Source: Felis catus
Taxonomy: Eukaryota
Assembly: GCF_018350175.1 (NCBI RefSeq)
Contig: NC_058373.1
Coordinates: forward strand, 106,394,001 to 106,458,000
Length of the DNA: 64,000 nucleotides
Direction: 5' to 3'
Below, one piece after another: positions 51,505 through 64,000 of this stretch (position 1 is the stretch's first letter; every line of letters begins with the position of its first letter). The notes below the pieces were generated by a model that saw only the letters and a program-made list of their open reading frames with translations, ran no database searches and was not told where the DNA came from. Made by a program: the position numbers and the translations under genes.

Positions 51505-52244
51505 TCAATATATATTTTAATACACTCTGCAAATAGGCAATAAAAATTGTGGACTGGTAGCCTGGTCTATTAAACTGACCATTATTCATTCTTGGAATGG
51601 CAAGTTGTTTCTAATAACTTAAATAAAGAGGAGAAGCCAGTTGAAGTCTGAAACTGTTACTCTTACAACTAGGAATATGAAGTTTTAAATTGAGGGTACC
51701 AGAGATCAATCAATATAAATAATGTCCAATAAGAAAATTAAATAAAATGTGATTTGATAAGATGCCATATTATAATTGAGTTTAGCCCCATTCTATCATT
51801 GTCCTTTTTATCCCGCAGTCAAAATTCTATGTCTTGGGGAATAAATACTTTGTGCTAACACTTGTGAGAAAAAAATCAGTTGCCCAGCCATTGTTCTTCT
51901 TTCTCCTGATTTCTGACAAGATTCATAAAATAGGAGCTTCCTTTGCCTTGGAAGTGTTTTAGGGAGAAAAGCTATTTAGTTCTACTCTCTGCCTCATTCA
52001 TCCCTGTTGGAAAGAAGAGGCCGAGCCTTCCTCTGTTGGGTGGAGCTAAGGAGCTTCAATCTGCCTCCCCAGGCCTCTCGTCTCCTCTCTGACTCTCCTT
52101 TGTTACTGGACACTCCTCTTTTCTGTCATCAGTAGGAAGCTATGCTGGGGATTGGATGGGAAACTCATTTCTGGAGGAGTAAGAAGCCCATTTTACCACT
52201 GCAGGTCCCAGCTGTGCCCTCCAACCCAGGTTTACCAGAAACAC

Positions 52245-52436
52245 CATTTATTTATTTTTGGGAGAGACAGAGAGAATAGGAGAGGGGCAGAGAGAGGGAG
52301 ACACAGAATCTGAAGCAGACTCCAGGCTCCGAGCTGTCAGCACAGAGCCTGACACGGGACTCGAACTCAGAGGAACTGTGAGATCATGACCTGAGCTGAA
52401 GTTGGACGCCTAACTGACTGAGCCACCCAGGCACCC
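52245..52436 (-). mobile_element. Can-SINE
   Basis: TSD aggtttacca. Confidence 0.92.
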
Positions 52437-54009
52437 TAGGTTTACCATAAATAAAGCAATCATGTAGGCTTGACTGACTGGATTGGTTCAGAACTCAGAG
52501 GAGAAGGCGTGAAATTAATCCACACTGAAATTCCTGTGGATATCTTAAACTATTTATTGAGTTATAGCTCCCAAACTAGAAATAATCCACCTGCCATTAC
52601 TGGAAGGCAACTATGCGCAAGTGTTCATCACAGGGCGACATGCCCCTCACCTAAGAAGACTGAATGTGTCAGCAGGAGTAAATGTAGTCCCTCAGCATGG
52701 AGAACCTCAGCATGGGAATTCTGCCCACGTCGCAGAAGAGCATGCAGGCTCTCCACCTTGCACTCTTCTTTCTCTGACACTATGTTACTGGAGGAGACCA
52801 AATGCTACCCGTCATTGTTGTGGGTGTGATGGACCATCCATCTTCTCTTGGTTTAGAGACATATCCTAAAATTCTGGGGTGTCTGCTTGCTTTTCCTGTT
52901 TGTCTTTCAACATGGCCTATAGACTTCTTACCTCTCAGTGCTTCCTTTTCTCCCAGTAATAGTTACTGGTCAGCTGGAAGTAGAACACTTATACTTGTTG
53001 AAGCTACATTTCCCATCTTAGCAATATCTCCTTTTAAACTTATGCCAACCCAGTGACTTTGTTGTCTAAATCCCCTTCTATTATGACTGGTACCTACTGC
53101 TGGCTCTTTCTTCACTTTGGTCATTAACTTGGTGGCACTTCTTCTAAATAACCTCTTTGTGGAGGAAAATGGAAGTCAACGATGGCTTCTTTGGCTCAGC
53201 TAAGGGCGTTTTAACGCTGGACTCCGAATCCTAGCCCTTTAGCCCCTTTTTAGGACCACTCTTAGGTAGGTATTATATCTTACCCTTCCTGGGGAAGGAG
53301 TGGGTGTCTAATGAGATTGACACTACATTTTCAGCAAAGCAGAATGAGTTGTTCCCCCGTTTTTTTTCTAAGTCTTTAGAAATCAAAGATGAGAAAGAAT
53401 CAAGACAAGGATAGCTACATGTCTTTCTTGTGCCAAGTCAAGGGCTTCACAATATAGCTTCCACCTGCCTCTGTTTCTTGCTCCGCATTCACCCCTTGCC
53501 CTCGGTGTCCCAGGGACATTGATTTTCTTTCAGTGCCTTGGATGTGCTGCGCTCTGATGTGTCCTATCTGGAAAATACTTTCCTCCCTCTTTACTTGACT
53601 CCTCATCCTTCAGATCTCTGCTCACTCACTGCATCCTCCAGGAAGGCTTCCCAGACTTTTCTGACTAGGTCAGTACCTCTATAAGAGATTCACCAGGCCC
53701 CATGTGGTTCTGTTTTGAAGTACTAGTCACAGTTGTGATTTGGCATTTATTTCTGTGATTATTTTATTTTCTCTAACTAGATTGTATGCTCCATGACAGC
53801 AGGGACCATATATGTTTTTGTTCATCATGGCAGTTTAAGCCATGTTTTGAATTTTGAATTCTTCTAATGAATAAGTGGCTTTAATAAATTCCTAGAAAGT
53901 CCTGTGCTATAGATATTTTAAATCCAATTTTTGAAGATAAAGAAGCACTGTTTGCTGGGCTAAATGATTTGTCCAAGTCACTATAAGTGATAGAGCCTGA
54001 GACCATACT

Positions 54010-55080
54010 TATTCATGCATTCATCCAATATTTATTCAGTGCTCACTACTTACTTTGCTCTGTGCCAGACAGTGAAATAAAATAACAAGTAAGCCACAAT
54101 TCTTTAAGGAGATCCTAGTCTTTCTGAGCGAGAGAGGTTTGCAAACAAGTAAGTCAAATAAAATATTGTGCAGGTTAGGATGTTTGTCTAGCATATGCCA
54201 GGCATACATAGGAGAGGGAAGACTGGTCTCCCAGAAGAGCAGTGAATCCTGAAATATAAGCAAGTGCTTACCAAACAGACAAGGAGTAAGGGCTTTAGGA
54301 TTGAGGCAGCCCTGGAAGCAAAGGCATGGAATATCGTGACGGTGGGGCTCCCTGAGAAAGAGCAACTACTCGTGGTGCAGGAACACAGATTATGAGGCTG
54401 GGAGGAGTGGGCGCAGTCGGGTCAGGGAGGGCTTCATATACCATACAAAGACCTTGGGTGTTATGCTATATCTATGGGAAATCACTGAAGGGTCTTAAGC
54501 AAGGAATATCTGACAAGATTTCAGAAAAGTCAGTCTGAAGTGGAGAGTGGTAGACAGATTAGGCGCAGGTGAGTCTGGGAATTGGAAGATCAGAATAGAG
54601 GATCCAGCAGTGGTCCAGGGTAGCAGTAATAATGATCACAACTATGGCAGTAGCAGGAGAGATGGAGGGGAACAGATATAGGAGACGCTAACGAAAGAAA
54701 AATCAACATGATCTGATACCCACTGGGTATGAAAGTAGAGACAGAGGGAGGGGTCTGGGGGTGATCCTCGAGTTAGGGACATGACTAATTAGGTGAATGG
54801 TAGTTTAAGTTTCCCACATATGAAGGACAGAAAGAGGTTTGGGAAGACAGAAAGCAAATTCTATTTGGAGGTCCACTGAATTTAAACAGCCTGGGAAACA
54901 TGGGAGTGGAGCTATTCACTGGGCTAGAGGAAGGAAGGTGGGAAACCTCAGCTCAATGTTGGTAGGTAAAGCCATGGATATGAATGAGGTCATGGAGAAA
55001 GCTGCAGGGAGGGAAGCCAGAATCCCAAGGAAGCAAACCTGCATTTGTGGTGTAGACTGATGAGCTGGGGCCAGTAACGG
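54010..55080. mobile_element. L2 remnant (others at about 8190-9130, 18020-18400, 20060-21360, 26760-27160, 53440-53830)
   Basis: attcatgcattcatccaatatttattcagtgctcact L2 3' signature followed by purine-rich L2 body. Confidence 0.65.
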
Positions 55081-57326
55081 AGGCAGTTATCCCCAACATT
55101 TTTATTCTAAACAATAAAGAACAGAAAATGGTACCCACCATATAAGGAAAATCATACTCTCCTTCTAATACATTATGTGTTTTTTTTTTCTGGGCATTTT
55201 CATGGTGTTTTGGCATATTCTGACCAGGTCACTTAGTGATTTTGAGAATCTGCCTGACCTCTTTTGGAGAACCTAATCCAGCTCTGTGCATACACATTTA
55301 AAATGCCCATATATTACTCAGTTCTTTCATTATTGTTCATAACCTCATTGCTTTTCTGCTTTCCCCTGCCTCCACTCTGTAATCTCAGAGGAGAACATTA
55401 ACACCAAGATGTTAAATGATTTAGCAAGGATTACATCACTAGTCAATAGTAAAGCAGGAATTTAAACCCAGAATCATTTCCTCCTACAGTTAAGTTCTAC
55501 CAGGACTAGAAAAAAAAAAAAGTCCATAGATAACCTACTACTTGGTATTTCCTGCAAATTCTGGCCTCAGTCCTTCATTTACCGCTCTTGTGCCAGGCAC
55601 GGCTTAGGTACTACGAATAAAAGATGGAAAAGCATGATTTTTGTCCTCAAGGAGCTTCTAGGAGGCTGGACTGGTTGACACTTAGAAAACACTATGATTC
55701 GTGCTGTGACAGAGGTCTTTGCAGGTGCCATTGAGGGTGGAATCCTATCTGAAGGTCTGGAGAGGAGATTCAATGGTTGTACTGAAACCTGACTTCCTTA
55801 GCATGTAAATATCACCATAAAAGCAAAGAAACTCAAATAAACTAAGGAAAATCTATGACCAATATTAACAAAACTTAACATCATCTTGGACTTATATCCA
55901 ACTGTCATGAAACCAAGAGGAAGCTTGGAGGAAGAAAAACCGTAACAAGCAAATGTTACCTAATAGTGCCAACCATCCAGGAGGTGATCAAAGCTGGTGG
56001 TTATCAAAGTGGAGAGAGAATATGGAACAGCCTCATTTTAACTGAATGAAGAAGCTATTGAAAGTAGAGAGCCAAAGTCTAGTGCAGATCTCAGATCTCA
56101 GATCTCATACAATTCGCCAGTTTTTCATTTGTCTTTCTCTCTTCTGCCTTTGCCTTTCTCTCTCTCTCCCTCCCTCCCTCCCTCCCTCTCTCTCTCTGTC
56201 TCACTCTCACTATTTAAGGGCAACTCTATTTCTATTTGTTTCTTCTCATTGCTACTTAAATAAAGGACTGAAAAGACTGAATTACCATAACATAAGCTTA
56301 TTTTAGTAGCAGTGAATCTAATTATATCATAGAAAAAAGCAAGGTAAATACAAGAAGGTGCTGCAAAACAATTACTGCCACAAATATTTATTCACTTTAC
56401 TTGCAACTTGTAACAGCAAAAGATATCATATCAAGAGGTGGAGATATTTATCTTAGAAACAGAATGAAAGCTTCTACGTCCATCTGCATATACTAATATT
56501 TACATTTTATTAGTATACAATAACATGTTCTAATTACATGATAATAATGAGTAGACCATGCAAAGCACCTTTTACTTCTATCACCTCACTTAGTCCCCCC
56601 AAGCAATTCTGTGGAACTGGTGTCTTATCCCCACTATGCAAATAAGGAAATGGAAGTGCTTGGACCAAGGTCACATGGACAGGATGGGACTGGGATCTGA
56701 ATCCAGGAAAGTCTCTCCATCACTCAGCCATCTCCTTTCTACTTGTTCAGAGCAGACCAGAACAAAGATCAGAGCAGACCTCGTGGATGATTCTTTCTTT
56801 CTTTTAATGACTTCACTGTAGACTTTACCATCTTTAGAGAAACAAAAATCTCTAAATTTTAGTTATCAACTGTTTATGTACCTGTTCCTATTCTATTCCA
56901 ATTGTTGTCTCTATATATGCTAATGTTCTACTCAGTTGTAATCAGGATAGAATTTTGAGTCTCTGCTTTTTCTACTCAATGTTATTTAAATCTGGCCCCA
57001 TCTTCTGATATGGTTCACACCATTTGTCATTTTTAAGGCTATAAAATATTATATTCTGGCCATTATTTTGTTTTCTTTCAAATAACCATAGACAGATTTC
57101 ATATATCCATTCCCTCCTATTCCCATTGTTATTCCTTGCTATTGAGATGTTTACAAATTATAAGAATTTCTAAAGTGCCTGTCATTTAAACCTTACTTTT
57201 CTTATGCATTGAGTTCCCTGGACACATGACTTGATTAAAATCACAAATATAATGAAGTGAGTAGGTTAGATAAGAATTAGTTTTAAAAACCAAAATAACA
57301 TATAGCTTTTAAAACATCTCTGGGAT

Positions 57327-57540
57327 GGGGGCACCTGAGTGGCTCAGTTAGTTAAGCACCTAACTCTTGATTTCGACTCAGATCATGATCTCGCGGTCGT
57401 GAGATTGAGCCCTGCATCAGGCTCTGCACTGAGCATGGAGCCTGCTTAGGATTCGCTCTTTGTCCTTCCCCCACTTGCATGCATGCTCACACACACACAC
57501 ACACTCTCTCTCTCTCTCTCAAAATAAATATATATTAAAA
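57327..57540 (+). mobile_element. Older Can-SINE with (CA)n(CT)n
   Basis: gggggcacctgagtggctcagttagttaag head. Confidence 0.9.
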
Positions 57541-58599
57541 TATTTTTTAAGGAAACAAAAATCTCTGGACTGAAAGACAGACATTTCTTAAAGATATGAT
57601 GAAAGAGTACATAGACTCAGCATAGAAAGGTGGGTCATGCAGGCACTGTTATTGGAAGATACTTACCTACCCAGCAATCTATCCTTCAAAATCTATGCAC
57701 AGGAAGTGGAAAATATACTCTCATTTTGGGCTACTCTAGTTTGTGGCTTCTTTTACAATGAAAGTAGCTGGGAATAAGAATGCAAGTTGAAAAGACTAAA
57801 TAACTCTCTATCAACTTAGCTAGTGCAATTTTCCCCTGGGTTGACAGAACTAGAACCATCTTGAAGGACCAATAAAACTTCACTGCACACGGTTGCAGAA
57901 ATGGAAAGGAGTCAAGTCAGCCTTTTATCCTAAGTCTCTTACCTAAATTAATTATTAACAGCCAATAAAGAGGCAAAATGTGGCCAAATGGATGAAGTAG
58001 AATAATATGTGATGACTACTTTTTATAATTTTTTTTCAGGATGAAGCCCTAGTTTATAGCTGCCCTATTAACACCAGGAAAAGCATGCACTTCACCAATA
58101 CCTTTTCCAAGTCTGCTATGTAATGTTGCTAAATTGCAGCAATCATGTGTCAGTACAATTTTTCTTTTCTTGTCTCAGTCATGAGTTTCTCTTTCTTTTT
58201 GAGCAGAATGATGGTCTGATCAGCACCCACAGAGGAGTAGTGGAGACGGTGGAAGCCAAGTTTACCCAGTGGGCTATATTCAGTGACTGTCTGGTGATGG
58301 CAGCAATGGCCCTGCTTACCATGAGCCTCTGTTCTGTGCTAAGCACTTGGCGCATTTTGCATATATCATCTCATTTATGCCCTACAACAACTGCACAAGG
58401 GAAGCTCTGTTGATCTGACTGTATAGATGAAGAAAGACAGAAAGTTTAAGAAAGTTGTCCAAGGACACACAGTGGCTAAATTTCTAGTCTAGAGTATTTC
58501 TTGAACCCTATGCTGTGTTACCTCCCTACATGCCTATGTATTTGTATTTTGGGTCAATCACAAATATCTCCAAATTTCTAATGCATGTGCAATAAGATG

Positions 58600-60595
58600 G
58601 AGAAAAATATACTCACAGAAATTCCACATGAGGTGTGGTGCAGAGAAGGAACCAGGTAAGAAAATTACCCTAGTGGGGCCATAACCCACAGGAGAAGCAA
58701 CTGGAGTAGAGCCTGGATTACATTCCCAGGAGGATTGGTGCACTAGAGAATACTTTCACCAGAATTTTAGAAGGGGTGGAGGGTGACAGGAATAGTAGGT
58801 GGGGTAGTCAAAGCTGTGTGATATGGGATAGGATTCCTCCTCCACAGTCCTGATTTTCAGCAGAGACTAAACTCACAAAATGCTCTAGGTGTTAGGATTC
58901 CTTATTGAGAGCAGTGAAGAACAGCCTCCAGACTCCAAATCACACATGTAATGGAAACAGTGAAACCAAACCTTCTGCTTTCCCCATAGCAAAGAGGGGG
59001 AAGGGAGTGGGGCCAGTGACACATGAATAACATGGGGGTATTACTGAAGGTCATCACCAAGACATTGAGGGTATTGTTCCTTCCTTTGGGAAAATGCAAA
59101 GAAAAAAAAAATTAAGGGGCATTTTCCTCACCAGCTAGCAACATGCACTGTATACCTTGAGTAATTAAAACAGTGTGCAAATGACTGGGCCTATAGGATA
59201 GAGCGGCCAAAACACAATAGCAGAGCACACTCAACACACACCAGAGACTCCCGGAAGTGTGAGGCCCTGGACACTACATGACATCTTCTTTATAAAGCCA
59301 TTACTTTCAGGAGGAGACATAACTGGCTTTGCTAACAGAGAAGAAGGCAGAAACTTAGACAAAATGCCAAGATGGGAGAATTCATTCCAAAGGAAAGAAC
59401 AAGATAGATACAGCCACAGCCAGAGCTCTAAATTAAACAGACATAAGTAACATCCCTAATGGAGAATTTAAAGCAACAATAATAAGGATATTCACTGGGC
59501 TTGAGAAAAGAATAGAAGACATTAGTGAGACCCTTACCACAGAGATAAAAGAGTTAAGAGTCAGTCAGAGATGAAGAATGCAATAAACAAGATTAGAAAT
59601 AGGCTTGATACAATGAACAGCAGATTGGAAGAAGCAGGGGAAAACATTAGTGGCCTAGAAGACAAAATAATGCAGAATAATGAAGCTGAACAAAAGAGAG
59701 AAAAAAGAATTATGCAACACGAGAATAGACTTAGGAAAATCATTGACTCCATCAAACAAAATAACATTCATATTATAGGAGTCCCAGAAGAAGAAGAGAG
59801 AGAAAAGGGAGCAGAAAAATTATTTCAGAAAATAATAGCAGAATACTTCCCTAATGTGGGGAAGGAAACAGACATCCAGATCCAGGAAGCACAGAGAACT
59901 CCCATCAAAATCAACAAAAGCAGGCCAACATCAAGACATATTGTAGCTACATTTGCAAAATATAGTGATAAAGGAAACATCTTAAAAGCAGCAAGACAAA
60001 AGAAGTCCTTCACTTACAAAGGAAGACCCATAAGGCTAGCTGGAGATTTCTCAACAGAAGCTTGGCAGGCCAGAAGAGAAAGGCATGGCATATCTGAAAT
60101 GCTGAATGGGGAAAATCTGCCGCCAAGAATACTCTATCCAGCAAGGCTATCATTCAGAATAGGACACTTATGTGTTTCCCAGACAAACAAAAACCAAAGG
60201 AGTTCATGACTGCTAAACCAGCCCTGCAAGAAATATTAAAGGGGACTCTTTGAGCACAAAGGTGAGACCTAAAGTGTCAAAGACAAGCAAGGATCAGAGA
60301 AAATCTCCAGAAACAATGACAAAACAAGTAATGAAATGGCAGTAAATACACATCTATCAATAATTACTTTGAATGTAAATGGACTAAATGCTCCAATCAA
60401 AAGACATAAGATGTCAGAATAGATTTAAAAAAAAAAAAAGACAAGACCAAACTATATGCTCCCTACAAGAGATTCATTTTAGACCTAAAGACACCTGCAG
60501 ATTGAAAGTGAGGGGATGGAGAAACAACGATCGTGCAAATGGATGTCAACAGAAAGTCAGAGTAGCAACACTTATAGCAGAAAAACTAGACTTTT
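58600..60595 (+). mobile_element. L1 5' portion: 5'UTR (start uncertain), frameshifted ORF1, and the start of the ORF2 endonuclease
   Basis: ORF 59571-60209 is ORF1p (NNIHIIGVPEEEE, IQEAQRTP, RPIRLAGDFS, PRILYPARLSF). ORF2 start MAVNTHLSIITLNVNGLNAPIKRH at about 60336 is followed by a stop. Confidence 0.92.
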
Positions 60596-61752
60596 TTGTT
60601 CTTGTATTGTTTTTATTCTGCTTTGGTATCAGATTAATACTGGCTTCATGGAATGATTTTGAATGTGTTCCTTCCATTCCATCATTTGTAACATTTTGAT
60701 AAAGTTTGTCATTAATTTTTTTTTAATGTTTAGTAGAATTCACCAATGAAACCATGTGGTCTTGGGCTTTTCTGTGCTGGGAGATTTTTTTTTTTTTTAA
60801 TTTTTTTTTTCAGCGTTTTTATTTATTTTTGGGACAGAGAGAGACAGAGCATGAACGGGGGAGGGGCAGAGAGAGAGGGAGACACAGAATCGGAAACAGG
60901 CTCCAGGCTCCGAGCCATCAGCCCAGAGCCTGACGTGGGGCTCGAACTCACAGACCGCGAGATAGTGACCTGGCTGAAGTCGGACGCTCAACCGACTGCG
61001 CCACCCAGGCGCCCCATTGGAGATTTTTGATTCCTAATTCAAATTTCATTCTTGTTATTGGTCTTAGATGATTTCCTATTTCTTGGTTTCAAGATTCATG
61101 TTCAATCACCATAATGTGCATTTTCAGGAATTATCTGGGTTTTTTTCTTAAGTTATCTGATTTGTTAGTATTTAATTGTTTACAGTAATCTGTTATCAAA
61201 CTGTATTTCTCTGGTTATCTATTGTATTGTTTTCTCTTTCATTTCTCATTTTAGTTTTTGAGCCTTCTCTCTTTTTTCTCTTAGTTAATGTAGTTCAAGC
61301 ATTGCCAATTTTTTTAAAGCTGGTCATTATTTTCAATGTTATGTTATTGTTTATTCTGGTCTCTATTTTATTTATTTATGATTTTTCTTTGTTATTTCCT
61401 TCCTCTACTAATGTCAGCTAAGTTTCTTCTTCTTCTAGTTCCTTCTGGTATGTTGTTGTTTACTTAAACTTTTTTTCTTAGTATAAGCATTTATAGCATA
61501 AATTTCACTCTAGCATCTAATTTTGCTTTATCCCATAGGTATTGGAATATTGTGTTTTCTTTTTCTCTTGAGATAAATTTTGATTTACCATTGATTTCTT
61601 ATTTGGCCCATTGCTTGTGCAGTATGTTGCTTAATTGTTACACATTAAATATTTAATATTTACATTGTAAATACTTCAGCTTTGCTTTATTGTTGATCTT
61701 TAGTTTTGTACCAATGCGGTTGGAAAAATATACTTGGTATGATTTCAATCTA
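60596..61752 (-). mobile_element. Degenerate L1 ORF2 internal fragment, antisense
   Basis: T-rich sequence with typical antisense ORF2 motifs (tttggtatcagattaatactggcttcatggaatga, tagaattcaccaatgaaaccatgtggtcttgggcttt, ggtatgatttcaatct). Confidence 0.85.
60785..61015 (-). mobile_element. Young felid Can-SINE inserted in L1
   Basis: Near-consensus copy; TSD ggagattttt. Confidence 0.95.
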
Positions 61753-61819
61753 CTTTAAAAAAAACAGAACAGTGTAATACAGACAAATAAATGAAAAAGG
61801 TAGGTACTAAAGTCTTCTC

Positions 61820-62135
61820 TTACAATTTTCTAACCTGGTGGCCAAAAAAAAAATTGTGTTTCATGGTTTAAGTTTGCTTTTCCTGGTTTCAAGAAAAGGT
61901 ATGAATCTTTACAAATGCTTATTGGCTATTTATTATTTCTTTTTCTGTGCACTGACTCTTCATATCCTTTTCCTATTTTCTATTGGGTCATTTTTCTTTT
62001 TTATGTAACTTTGTTGAAACTCTACATTTCATGATTCTTGATCTTGTCTTTACATATTTCAAAAAAAATCCACATCATCCTATCTTCAACTTTAATAATG
62101 GTATCTTTGGCTGTACAGAAGTTTTAGTTTATTTG
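61820..62135 (-). mobile_element. Old L1M 3' fragment
   Basis: Antisense motifs atgcttattggctattt...ttctgtgcactgactcttcatatcctttt. Confidence 0.6.
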
Positions 62136-64000
62136 TGGTCAAATCTGTGTATCTTTGCTGATGACAACTCTTGGGTTGTGTCGATTGTGCAGAAAATACT
62201 GCTGGAGTACACTTGGAAGTATGCTCTGAGACAGCCTTTTGGAAAGAAAGGCAATTCAGAAGTTTCTTTTTCATAGCCACAATTCACTTTTGTGAAACAC
62301 GTTATTCCGTTTTTCTCAACTTGAATATTTTGGTAGAAAAAACTGTACACCACATGCAAATTCATATTGCTGGGATTGCTCAGTGACTCTTAGTGGCTGA
62401 GGAGAAAGCAATGATACTTTTGCTCCTGTAATTACTGGGGCATATACTGCAGGGAAAATAAGATTGAAAATGAGAGTGGGAACTGGTAAACTTTTTGGAG
62501 GCATAGTTCTATCTTTTAATTGATACATTTTAAGAACAGAAAGCCTTCCTGAATCTCCTGATAGATTTAAATACCTTTCCAATTGTCACTTTTTGTTTCC
62601 AGTTTGACCTGTTTTCACAGATATTATTACAACGCAAAACTTAATCCAGAGTTTATCTTGCTGGATAAATCCTGCACTGACTGCTTCAAACAGAGAGGTG
62701 TCTGTATCTTACAATACTAAAGATATGGTTCATGTTCTAAATGGCTTTTTACAAACCCTAATGCAGCAGAAACTGCCCTTACACTTTTCCAGTTACAATG
62801 TTTTTTTTCCCAATCCTTACGTTAATCAAGTTAATAAAACTCACCAATGCTCAAGTTGTTTCATCTTAATTCTTCCTGCAATACTGATTGCATTTTTCTT
62901 CTTCTTAAAAGTCTCATTTTGCATTACGTGAGTTAATCTTAGTGCCTAATGATATAAGTACATTGCTAAAACCCATATGAAAAATTATAACAAAAGTAAA
63001 ACACATAAGATCTGAGTGCCAAGATAAATTTTGTCATCTGGTGCTTTGTCTCTACCTAAGTACATTTGTTTCTCTCCCATCTGTTTGGAAACTTATTTAA
63101 GCAAATTAACATTTGTCCCAGAATTAATCTGGCTGCCATATCAAATGGCAAATATCTTTATTTGAAGAAACTCTGCATACTTTATTATTTAGTCCCCATC
63201 ACACACTTTGTGTTATAACTATTATTATCTCCATTATACATATAAAGAAACAGTATGAAAAAGGTAAAGGAAGTTGTTTAAAGCCATACAGTTCTTAAGT
63301 GGTTTACCTGGAATTTCAACTAGTCTTGTCTAACTTGTCCCTGCTTTTTCCAATATATGACACTTCCATGCTTCCCCTCATCCATGAAGGTCAGGATGGT
63401 GTTGTTTGGCACTCTGGCATTGGGACTCTCAACGGTATCTCTTAAGAAAGGGTAGATTTGAAAGGGGTCTTAAGGGCTGAAACCCCAGCAGGCATGGATA
63501 ACACTGGGCCACCCAAAGAGGCAGACCTTTCCTCTTTCTTCCAAAAGTCTTCCCTGTGCTTCCTCTTTTTGGCCACAAAGGCTAAGAAAATTTCCCTCCA
63601 ATCAGCGAACAGGAGGGTATAGAAAGTTCTCTGCTTAGGGATACCACTTAGAAGGTGGAAAATACCATCAATAACTCACAGAATTTAGGGGCCCATTGAA
63701 GGCAACCTAGAGTAGAAAAAGGGACAGGTGTCTTTCTTGCTAGATATTACTAAATTTACCTATGTGTCTAACATTGCCTGCTTGAAACCCTCTTTCAAAC
63801 AGAAGTTCATAGGAAAAAACAAAGAATTTACAGTCAGGTAGGCCCACGTTTAAATTCTAGTGACACTATTTACTACTCTGTGACTTTGGGTACAACTTTT
63901 TAGAGCCTGTATTTAACCATAAAATGGAGTGAATAGAATCACCTCACAAGACTCCATAAATGGCAGTTAAAATTAGGATTATTAGTAGCAGAAGTGTAGG

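Noticed and set aside
59571..60209. 212-aa ORF as a domesticated gene
   Set aside because: It is a fragment of L1 ORF1p with frameshifts upstream and at its C-terminus, followed by a stop-disrupted ORF2.
5465..61030. Recurrent short ORFs such as GAPGWRSRLSVRLQPGHDL and ERQSMNGGGAEREGDTESETGS
   Set aside because: Translations of Can-SINE copies, not a gene family.

Overview
Mammalian genomic DNA from a felid (abundant young SINEC_Fc-type Can-SINEs), lying inside the reticulon-1 (RTN1) gene on the minus strand. Only two coding exons are present: the RTN1-A-specific exon 2 (25277-24504, 774 nt) and exon 3 (16569-15841, 729 nt, embedded in a CpG island). Both have canonical AG/GT ends and are phase 1-1. 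The rest is intron (part of intron 1, all of the 7.9 kb intron 2, part of intron 3). It contains 23 Can-SINEs, L1/L2/MIR fragments, MaLR/ERV LTRs, hAT/Tigger MITEs and microsatellites. Almost all ORFs in the track are spurious. I see no convincing evidence of a wholly new biological system. The best leads are: (i) exons 2+3 would form a stop-free 501-codon circle flanked by inverted SINEs; (ii) the Met I recall as the RTN1-B start is CTG here, within an apparently GC-shifted exon 3; (iii) a templated palindromic insertion scar at 41.8-41.95 kb; (iv) a 3'-truncated, inverted L1 junction near 60.6 kb. Repeat family names and comparisons with human RTN1 are from memory, not from searches, and repeat boundaries are approximate.
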